The notes under the pieces were generated by a model. That model had not been told where the DNA came from. It did not search any database and saw only the letters and a program-made list of their open reading frames with translations. Below, piece by piece: positions 11,196 through 20,091 of a stretch of 64,000 nt of DNA. The translations under genes were made by a program, and so were the position numbers. Numbering within the stretch: the stretch's first letter is position 1; every line of letters begins with the position of its first letter. The DNA is from Pelagomonas calceolata. Its lineage: Eukaryota. Where the stretch lies: NCBI GenBank assembly GCA_918797485.1, contig CAKKNE010000005.1:434001-498000 (forward strand), given 5' to 3'.

Positions 11196-11879
11196 TCAGG
11201 GACACGTCCCGCAGGTCGCCGGGCACGCCTCGAGCGCCGATCGCTCGCCGTCCGTGTTCTTCTTTTTGCAGCGCGCGAGCGTTCCGTCCGGCTTGACCTT
11301 CTGCCCAACGTACGCGCAGTCGTTCGGACTGCAGTCGCCGTAGCACCACGATTCATCATCGCGGCACTCGCCGCCGCCGCCGCCGTCCGTTGGCTTCTTA
11401 GTGGGCTGGTAATTCGGCGTCGAACCGACAATGCGGTAGATGTCCGCGCCCTGGGCCTCGTCGTTGGAGCAATTATCTAGCTTTCGGTCGGTCCCGCACT
11501 CGCCGTCGCCCTCGCACAGCTCCCCGACGCCCAGGCCAGGCGTGTCGCAGGGCGCGATGTCGAGCTCGTCTGGGCAGTCCGGCGAGTCCTTAGGGAGAGG
11601 CTCAAGCGCCGGGCAGTCGCTCGACGGCCGCGGGCGCGGTGTCGGCGGCCGTGGCGTCGGCCCGGCGTCCGTGGGCTGATACGTCGGCCGATACGACGGC
11701 TGCCGCGTCGGCCGCCGCGTCTCCTCGGGCTCGTCGTCGTCGGACCCGTCGTCAGAGCCGTTATCGTCAGACCCGCCGTAGCGCCAGGCCCGGAGCTCCC
11801 GCTCCGCGGCTCTCGCCATCTTCGACAGTCCCGACGGGCCCGGGTGGACGACGTCCACATAATCGCTCGGATCAGTGTC
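11196..11879 (-). pseudogene. 3' part of a secreted Cys-rich/PT-repeat protein, interrupted by the Sola insertion; the exon continues at 17017-17028
   Basis: Removing the element and one TSD restores acceptor...GDDTDPSDYVDVV in frame; no 5' exon found. Confidence 0.65.
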
Positions 11880-11962
11880 GACCCAAATTCCGAAAAAGCT
11901 GAACGGAATCATCCACATTCCGGAAAACTCGCATAAAATTACAAATTAACATTAGAACCGGC

Positions 11963-14900
11963 CTAGATAGCTTCAAGGATACGCTCGTGAGTGTCCTCGG
12001 TAATTGTGTACCTCCCATTTGTGTGTTGGCTGAACTTCAGTCCAGTCAGTCGGACCGTCGCGTTCGCTTGGATGTAGACGTCGTCGTTCAAAAGCGTATA
12101 GGTACGCTCTTTGCCCGAGACGATGTCGTACCATTTGATTGGTAGGATCATAAACCCCACCTCATAGTCTGAATTGGCATGTATGAAGTTTTCGGTCGCG
12201 ACGATGGCGGCTCCGGTCGGCTTCGCGAGCCAGAAATCGTCAGTGTACTTGGGGTCCTGGACACGAACGGCGAGTAGCTTCTGGTTGTGCATTTCTTTGC
12301 ACCAGTTTTCGAAGGCACCTTGCTGCGTTTGGATAGTAGATGTCGTCACCTTTTTGATTTTCGTACTATGCTTCTTCATCGTAGCACCAGCGCGTCGCCT
12401 AAACTTACAGTCAATGAACTTGCGCTTCCCGCACGGCGAGCAGAAGCAGAAGTCATGGCGTGCGTGGATAGGTGCGTCGCCGTCCAGCAGGGCCTTGTCG
12501 CAAGATAATCCGACGAAGTCGTGACACTTCCTCGTTCCAGTAAAAGTAGTGGCCTCGGGGACGTGGCAGGCCTCGATCACTTTGTGAGAGATGTGGCCGT
12601 AGAAAATGCCCGAGAGGTTCCACATGCCATTGGTATCAGCCTTGGGCACGCTCGGCGTCGGGTGCTCGCGTGCCATGAAAACGACCGTCTCTCGAGAACC
12701 GGGGGGCGGCGCCCTATCCGCAGCGATGGCGGACCGTAGGACGGTCCCAGGGATGTTCGAGACGCCGTCGCACACGTTCTTGCCGTGCTTCTCCGCTAGT
12801 TTAAGCTGTCGTCGCACCACGCCCTGCTCCATAAGGCCCGTCGCGACTGCACGATACTGCGTTCCGCATGCAAATTGACAGGCGCAGCCGTCTAGCTCTT
12901 CTATCACCTCGTCGAGTCGAGGGAAGGGGGCCGAGGGGTCCATCTCCGTGAACCCCTGCGGCAACGGTAAGGAGTGGTCGCCGCCCCGCAGGCGCTGCTT
13001 GTTGTAGAACCACTCACCGTGCCGAACCGCGCCCGTCTTGAGGTAGGAGATCATGTCCTGGTACACGGTGTTGTAGTAGCGCGCGTCGGGCTTGTGGCCC
13101 GGTGGGCTAAACCCAAAAAAACAGTCGACATGTTGTTGTTGTACCGGTGTCGGGACCCGCTCCTTCGAATACTTTACTTTTGGCCGCATGAGCTGCACCT
13201 CCCGCAGGTCGTAGCCAATGACACCAACACAGTTGTTCAGGTACTCTCGACGGCCGCAGGTTTGGAGGTGTTGCCGTTGGATCGCTAGCTGAGAGGCGAA
13301 GTCACAGTGAAGAACGGCCGTGTTCGGCGGCCTGTACAACTCGACGCGCCTCAAGCTTTGGGTTGTCCATTCCACACGCCAATGATGCTCTGCATAGAAC
13401 CCGAGCTTGTCCTGGAAGAATTCTAGGAACTTGCGTCGCGAACCCCTCGTCGGCACGAACTCCGATTGATACATGGCCACCCCCGTCTCCTTGTTATCGC
13501 CTGTATAGCGCGGCTGCCACTGTTTCCATCGAACGTCTTCGTCGGAAGCGAGCACAGGGCACTTGTACAGCGGAGCCATCCGTAGAGCGACGCCACACGC
13601 TTTCGACGTGTCAAACGGCGTGGCGTGCTTGCAGTTCCCAGTCGCACAAGACTTGGGGATGATCTTGAAGGGCGTGTCTCCAATGTCGTAGTCCTTCAGG
13701 TGCTCTGCCGGGCAGAACAGGAAGCCATACAACGCATCCATCGATTGGGTCGCCTCGGCCCACTTTCCGCACGCACCACCGCATGCGCACGTGGACGTGT
13801 CGCCGTCGCCGATCCATTTGAGGACTTGTTGATGATACGGGTAGAGGTTCGAGTGGATTGTGGTGCAGATGTCGCAGTCGCACTCTCCTACGCCTCGCTT
13901 CTTAATACAAGGACAGCGTGCCTGGACGAAGGCCTTGAGCTGTGGTATGGTGCCCAAAGGGCACTTTTCAGTCTTCGACTTCTCCTGGCACTGCTTCGCG
14001 TAGTCCGATTTAGCGAAGAGTTCCCAAGCATCCTTGTCGTTACCGGCCTGAAGACGCCGGTAATGTATGGTATACTTCTCCTCATTTGTGTCTTCATCGA
14101 CTCCCAGGAACACTGAAATCTTGTGCTTGTTGTCGTTGTCCGGAACACTGCCCTGCTCGTGCCACCACTTGTCGATGGGCGTCGTGTCCAGTCTATCGCA
14201 GTGCGGCGACGTGTGTACGCGCTGCCAGCCCTTGCTGCGGTCCTCCAAGTCCTGTCGGGCGTCGACGGCTTGCCTTGTGATGGCGTGGGAGAGCCCGAGA
14301 GCTCGCATGGCGGAACGTCCACGTTTCAGCTCGAAGAGGCCCTTTGGCATCAAAGCAGAGATGCCAGCCAGTAGAGCGTTACGATCCTCGTCAGAGCGTC
14401 GGCCCGTGGTCTTCATTACACCTTTGACCCACGCTTTGGCGGCCTGAAGCATCATCTTCGCCGTCTCGGCGTCCTTCGACGTTTGTTGGAGATGGGCAGG
14501 GAGCAGTAGTTTCATCTCTGGAGCATCTAGAAACTCCTCGACGATCCTTCGCGTCGTCCCTAGATGGCCTTGCTTGAAAACCAGGTCTCTGATCTCCTTG
14601 GCTCGCCTAGTGATCACACTATCTCCGGCGTGCTTCTTTGCATCAGCACTAGCGCCTTCGGCCTCGAGGCGGTCAAGCGCAGCTGCCGCTTCTGTATTCT
14701 TCCCTAGGCGTAGTAGCCGGTGCGCTTCACGTATCTGTACACGTAGAGCACGTCCTGCACGTTCTCGAGGTTGGACACGAGGGGCAGGTGCTGGGGCTGG
14801 TTCTGGTTGTTCTAGTGGTGGCGTCGCCGCCACGTCGTCGTCGTCGTCGCTGTCGTCCTTGCCCAGGACGTCGAGCAGAGCATTTTGCAGGAGCCGAGCG

Positions 14901-15391
14901 CCTGGTAGTTGATCTGCTGCTAGTACTTGGAGGATCTTGTCTCGCTGTCGGACTAGTACTCGGAGCTCGTCGTGGGTCTCGTCGGCGATTGTTCGGCGAG
15001 CACCGGTACCCCTGTCGCGCCGGTGTTCGGGGAGCTGCGGATCGTATACTACTGGTGGTGGAAGGCTTGGTCGTTGATCAGGTAGAGGTGGAGGTGGAGG
15101 TTCGGGTTCAGGTGCGATGGCGGCCGGCTCGTGGACGTAGACCAGGCGCTCGAGGACGAACTTATCTGGCCAGAGTTTTGCGAGCTTGCGCCGGACGGCA
15201 TGCTCCGCGGTATCGTCGTCGCGAGGCCTTTTGTTCTGTTTCTTGCGATGCGCTGGGATAGGCTTCCAACTACCGATGCGCACGCTAACAAAACCGCTCG
15301 CGTCTTCGAAGAAGGTGCCCTCCGCCACCGTGCCGTCGTCGGTCTCGCCATCAGGGAAGGTGCCCTCGAGGCGGCCGCGGCGCTGCGTCAT
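11963..15391 (-). CDS. Sola2-like DDD transposase (uninterrupted ORF; likely start MTQRR)
   Basis: CDCDIC Zn-finger-like, LHCDFAS, LDGCACQF, HGKNVCDG motifs. Confidence 0.8.
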   Translation of the reverse strand: MTQRRGRLEGTFPDGETDDGTVAEGTFFEDASGFVSVRIGSWKPIPAHRKKQNKRPRDDDTAEHAVRRKLAKLWPDKFVLERLVYVHEPAAIAPEPEPPPPPLPDQRPSLPPPVVYDPQLPEHRRDRGTGARRTIADETHDELRVLVRQRDKILQVLAADQLPGARLLQNALLDVLGKDDSDDDDDVAATPPLEQPEPAPAPAPRVQPRERAGRALRVQIREAHRLLRLGKNTEAAAALDRLEAEGASADAKKHAGDSVITRRAKEIRDLVFKQGHLGTTRRIVEEFLDAPEMKLLLPAHLQQTSKDAETAKMMLQAAKAWVKGVMKTTGRRSDEDRNALLAGISALMPKGLFELKRGRSAMRALGLSHAITRQAVDARQDLEDRSKGWQRVHTSPHCDRLDTTPIDKWWHEQGSVPDNDNKHKISVFLGVDEDTNEEKYTIHYRRLQAGNDKDAWELFAKSDYAKQCQEKSKTEKCPLGTIPQLKAFVQARCPCIKKRGVGECDCDICTTIHSNLYPYHQQVLKWIGDGDTSTCACGGACGKWAEATQSMDALYGFLFCPAEHLKDYDIGDTPFKIIPKSCATGNCKHATPFDTSKACGVALRMAPLYKCPVLASDEDVRWKQWQPRYTGDNKETGVAMYQSEFVPTRGSRRKFLEFFQDKLGFYAEHHWRVEWTTQSLRRVELYRPPNTAVLHCDFASQLAIQRQHLQTCGRREYLNNCVGVIGYDLREVQLMRPKVKYSKERVPTPVQQQHVDCFFGFSPPGHKPDARYYNTVYQDMISYLKTGAVRHGEWFYNKQRLRGGDHSLPLPQGFTEMDPSAPFPRLDEVIEELDGCACQFACGTQYRAVATGLMEQGVVRRQLKLAEKHGKNVCDGVSNIPGTVLRSAIAADRAPPPGSRETVVFMAREHPTPSVPKADTNGMWNLSGIFYGHISHKVIEACHVPEATTFTGTRKCHDFVGLSCDKALLDGDAPIHARHDFCFCSPCGKRKFIDCKFRRRAGATMKKHSTKIKKVTTSTIQTQQGAFENWCKEMHNQKLLAVRVQDPKYTDDFWLAKPTGAAIVATENFIHANSDYEVGFMILPIKWYDIVSGKERTYTLLNDDVYIQANATVRLTGLKFSQHTNGRYTITEDTHERILEAI

Positions 15392-15502
15392 GGCCGCGCG
15401 GTCAACAATGATGGCTGAACATTGTTGAGAAGCTGTGCTGTCACCGGCACAGCTCCGCGCGCACGCCAGGCCAGCGAGAGCGAGCGTCGCCCTCTGCGAG
15501 AA

Positions 15503-15526
15503 CCTAGCGTTTCGACACACACTAGC
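15503..15526. promoter_or_regulatory. Paired-CTAG motif upstream of the transposase (CCTAGCGTTTCGACACACACTAGC)
   Basis: About 110 bp upstream of the transposase ATG; same spacing as host copies. Confidence 0.45.
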
Positions 15527-17028
15527 CGTGTCTGCGAAACGCATGCAGCCGTTTGAGTATCGTTCGGTTCGCTAATGGTCCAAAGAGATCAATGGGACAC
15601 GTACTGGGGGCCGAAAAACTATTTGTTTTAATTCGTGGCGACGCCGCCGCCTTGGGCCATGGCAGCCGCGCCGGTTTAATCCTGTCAATCCCCGTCGAAG
15701 AGGTGTCCCTGGGGTCGCCTAGGGTCGGTACTATACACGCGCAAGCGCCTACACCGCACACGCCGCAGCTTACAGCATATTTTGGCCAATCTCTCAGCAG
15801 ACAGAGGAGCTTTACCAAGCTTAGGGCAGATCTGGGTTCCGAGACCTCTAGGCTGCTGCATCGATGGCATAAGCGGTGCAGGCGCTTACCCAACACCAGA
15901 CCTACCCCGAGAGCCCTCCAGGAGCTGATCTACCCCCGAAAGAAGTGTGCAATTTGGGCCCGATGGCGCCCCGTTCCCGGCAAAAACGTCAAGTACCCGA
16001 GGGCCCCCAGTAGTCGCCGTAGCGGTCTCGTTGGACCCCATACTACCCCACCGATAGTCAATTACAAGTATATGACATCTACATTATAGGAAGGGTACTT
16101 TTTGCTGCCCACGCTCGGGACGTGAACATCTTGATCTGGAGCTCGCGTAAGTCGGTCGATCATGAAACAAATGATCGCGTCAATGTTCATGGTGATGGTA
16201 CACGGGCTGATGGTCGCAGGTCTGAGTAACTCGGCCGATTTGGCGAGATCGTGGGGTCGCGAGACTGACGAGGCGCGAGTTGGAAACGGGACCGGTCATC
16301 TAATGTAGTAGTCGCTCAGACCGGTTGCCTGGCCCGTCCCACAACCGAAGCGCCTCAAACGCGAATTTATTTTACAACTCACCGGTCTGGGGCCTTTCTG
16401 GTGCTCCGTCAACGCACCGTCGTCCGCGGAAAACGGGCAAGTCGGTCGATTGTGAATAGAACAACGGCGTTGTGGTCCATCTGGATGGTGGCGTCGCTGA
16501 TACTCGCAGGTTGAGGTTTGGTGTCCTCCTTTATGTAAACGCGTGGGCGCGAAGTTGCCGAATCCCGAGGCTCCAACGGAGTACATGATCATGTCCACTA
16601 GACGTTCTGGCCGGCTGCATGGACTCTACCCCTAACAAATGGAAGGAAACGAACATAAACTCGGGAGTTGTCTCGTAGAATTTTTCTCCCGCCCTCGGAA
16701 CGTGGGCTATCGGCTCTAGTTCCGTCAGATATGTTTGAAAACTGGGCTGGAGTATATATAATGTACCATCTGGACGGTAGATGGCGGCGTCAATCGCTGG
16801 TCTACTTTGGCAAGCCGTAAGTCTCATCCGCGAATGTCGCCGCGGTTCCGGCGGTCTTTTCACTGGAGGGACTTTGCTCCAATGGATCGGGCGGGACCCG
16901 CCCGTCTCAAAACCGTCGAGTCCCCCCTTCAGAAGTACCCGGAAGCCTGCGTATGGCAACCTACTAGTAACCTACTAGTATTCTTTGTTGAGTATACGTT
17001 TATCGGAATTTGGGTCTGTCGTCGCCGC

Positions 17029-17192
17029 CTGTGTGGAAATCAACCAGTGAGGTAGGTTATCCACGCCATCGAGCCGACGCGGTCACGGGGACAACGTCGC
17101 GTCGATGGCGTGGAATCCCCACGCCATCGCGCAGACACAGCTACGGAAGCACGTCGCGTCGATGGCGTGGGGCGCCCGAAGTTTGATTTCCA
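17029..17192. mobile_element. Introner element, right end truncated
   Basis: CTGTGTGGAAATCAA left TIR; right TIR stops at TTGATTTCCA; internal CGCGTCGATGGCG motifs. Confidence 0.8.
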
Positions 17193-17510
17193 TGTACGGT
17201 GCTGCGGACGCCGACAAAATCAGCTGCGAAGGCAATGCTTGCTGGGTATCTGGCCGCGCTGGCAGCGATGATCTCACCGTGGTGAACCCCGACGGTCCCG
17301 GCGACCCGAATCAGTCGTATCCTCCCGATATTTTTACCCAGATGATCAACGTGCGCTGCCGTGTCCATCGCCATACGCGCAACCATTCACGCTTCTCATC
17401 AGGGCGGCGACGGCGAAGACACGTGCATGTACAACGGCGACAAGGTCGACGGTTCTTCGGTTATCGTTGGATACATCCAAAACCCCGTCATCAGTTGTGA
17501 GAACCCGTAG
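17192..17510 (+). pseudogene. Orphan 3' end of a gene with Gly/Asp-rich repeats (MYGAADAD, GGDGEDTC); intron 17351-17402
   Basis: In-frame splice QMIN|GGDGEDTC to TAG at 17508-17510; abuts the truncated introner. Confidence 0.5.
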
Positions 17511-17662
17511 TCAAGTCGCCGCCCGACACGCGCGCCCACGAGACGCCCGGGCCGCCGTCGCGAGCTGGCGCATCCTTCCCTGCTCCCGCGGCGTCCTCAT
17601 ACTCTTGAGAAGACGGCGCCGCATCCCCGGGAGCCCCTTCGTGTTAAAAAAACTTGAAAAAA

Positions 17663-19758
17663 CTACACAACAACATCGTCGTCGACGACGCGCCGCGCGT
17701 AGCAGGAAATGCGCCGCGCACGGAGGTCCTCGACGACGGCCTCGACGGCGCCGTACGAGTCCACGCGCGCGCTCGCTATTAATTCATCGGGCGCGTCGGC
17801 GTCGAACTTCGACCGGTGGATGCGGTACTCGCGCGCGCCGCCGCCGCCTCCGAGCGCCGCGCACGCGGCGACGACGGCGTCGCGGTCGCGGTGGCCCGGC
17901 GGGAGGAACACGGCGACGCCGCGGCCGAGGAGCGGGTCGGAGACGGCCGGCGCCGGCGCCGCGACGTGCGCCCCTACCAGTACGGGAAGCTGGCGCCAGA
18001 GGTCGCGCGGCAGCCACGCCTCGAGGGCCTTCTTCGTCTCCGTTGGTGTTGAAGTCTCAACCCAGCCGAGCGCGTTGCACGCGCGGTGCGTACTCGTGCC
18101 CACGACAATCCCCGCATCATCGCAGTCCCACGCGCTCACGCAGAGCTGCGCGGCACCCTTCTCGCCGACCCCGGGCAGTTTCCTCATGTCCCGCGGCCGC
18201 CTGGGAACGTCGCCGCCGAAGTCGCCCGCGCACCCCTCCGCCGCGCCCACGAGATACTTGGCCTTCTGCAGGGGAAACGCTACCTGGCACTCCCGCAATG
18301 TAGCCTCGACGTCGTCCTCGGCGCGCGACGCGAACTCCGCCGCCGTCGTCGGTCCTAAGGCTTCGACCGCCGCGTCCACAATTGCGCTCGGCGTGCGCGG
18401 CGCGACCTGTGTTGAGACCATTGCCTCGACCGCGTACGCCATCGACGCGACGTTGTCCCCGTAACTGCGTCTGCTCGACGACGTCACGCCGGCGGACCGC
18501 TAAGTGATTCCACGCGGGCAACAGACGAGGATGCGCACGAGCGCCGCGAACCGCTCCGCCTCATCGCGCGCCGGCGCCGGCGCGTCCTCCCCCGCCGCGT
18601 CCCGGAGCGCCTGCAGCGAAGCCTCGAAGCGGGGCCACCCGCAAGCCGGCGCCGCCGCGGCCTCGTCGGCGTCCTCCGCTGCATCACCGCCAAACACGTC
18701 CGCGAGGAGCGCCGCGGCGTCGGCCTCCTCCTCGCCCTCGACGTAAAGCCGCCAGTCGACCTGTGTGTGCGATGGTGGGAAAACGAGAGATCCCACCATG
18801 CGCGCGTGCGTCGGCGAGCGAAGGCGGTCTCTCCTTTCGGTGGGAGAAAGTGTGCGGCCGATTGACTTGCCCGGGCCGCTTATACAAAAGTATATGGTAA
18901 GTTGGAAGTCAAGCGCGGCCGCCACTGCAGCTTCTCCCGTCTCTTTTACGCTGGTCCACGCACCGGCCGCCGGCCCAGCTCCGTTAAATGAGTATTGATC
19001 CGCGAGAAGCAGTCCGAGCCCATGAAGGCGTCGCGGCCCTTGGCCGCCGATAATGGAGACGGGTGCGAGGTAGCAACGACGCGGTGCTGCCCACCCAAGT
19101 TATTGGAGACTTTCCGTTTCGCAGAATTGCCCCACAGCGCAAACACGACACCTCGCTCTCGTTCCGCGACGGCCTTCACGACGGCGTCCGTGAACTCCTC
19201 CCAGCCTTGATTGGCGTGGGAGTTGGCCGCGCCGCGTCGCACCGTCAGCACGGAGTTGAGGAGGAGCACACCTTGTGAAGAAGCCCATCTACTCAAGTCG
19301 CCGCGCTTCGCGGGGTCGGGGTGCTCGGGCCACTGTTCCGTTGTTCGGGACGCTTCGCGGAGGACGTTCCGCAGCGACGGCGGGAAGACGCACCGCGACA
19401 GATCCGCTACGGAAAAGCACAGGCCGTGCGCCTGGCCGGGCCCGTGGTACGGGTCCTGGCCGACGACGACGACCTCGACATCCCCCAAATCGACGGCGCG
19501 CAGCGCCGCGAGCGTGTCCCCGGGCGGCGGGTAGACCTCGTGCTTTGCTCTTTCTGCCTCCACAAACGCTCGGAGCTGCCGGTGCCGGTCGCTCGCACAT
19601 TCCTCTTTCAGAGTTGCGGCCCAGCCCGGCGGGAGCGCCCACTCGTCGGGCGTCGCGCGCAGCGTCGTCGTCGCCGCACGGATGCCGACGCGCCGCGTCC
19701 GGAGAGCAGCGCTTCTTCGGAGAGCATAGGCTGCTTGGAGGAGCGCCATGAGCCGCAT
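17663..19758 (-). CDS. UNG: Uracil-DNA glycosylase fused to an HhH-GPD/endonuclease III-like domain; exons 19758-18964, 18760-18527, 18406-17663
   Basis: GQDPYH, LLLN, LWG, HPSPLS; splice gives GRRP|VDW (UNG terminal PIDW motif) continuing in frame to LPGVGEK HhH and LEAWLP. Confidence 0.8.
18407..18526 (-). mobile_element. Degenerate introner-derived intron
   Basis: Eroded TIRs; shares ACGGGGACAACGTCGCGTCGATGGCGT with the 17029 element. Confidence 0.7.
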
Positions 19759-19892
19759 GCGTTCGTTTCGCTTCGTGACGTTTCGCTTCGTGACGTGAGG
19801 CTGGCAGCTATGCGTTGCTACTACACGACCTACGACCAATGATCGTAGATATGGAAGCACTAAGAGCTGTTGTTTTGCCCAGCGCTCTGTGG

Positions 19893-19915
19893 GCTAGTAT
19901 CTTAGCATCACTAGG
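19893..19915. promoter_or_regulatory. Paired-CTAG motif variant GCTAGTATCTTAGCATCACTAGG
   Basis: Divergent intergenic region between UNG and the secreted gene. Confidence 0.45.
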
Positions 19916-20091
19916 TATTATCGAGCGCCGATGTAATCTTGGCATCCGAGGATCAAAGCAGTTAGCTCTGATCCAGCGAAGATTCGCGTTATCTACAGTC
20001 CACAAAGACACACCAGACCGGCGCAGTCCAGCGCCAGGGCGCCAGGCTCGAGATAGTCATTTTCTCACACAAATCCTGCAGGCCTAAGAAC

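Larger units (their letters stand above)
11880..17016 (-). mobile_element. Full-length Sola2-like DNA transposon
   Basis: TIR GACCCAAATTCCGA (14 bp perfect, 17/18) at both ends; 4-bp TSD TGTC at 11876-11879 and 17017-17020; encodes a transposase. Confidence 0.85.

Noticed and set aside
11963..15391. Sola transposase as the mobiliser of the introners
   Set aside because: Its TIR and 4-bp TSD differ from the introner TIR and 8-bp TSD; proximity alone is not evidence
16085..16959. Second gene inside the transposon
   Set aside because: Only short frame-shifted ORFs with no recognisable motif
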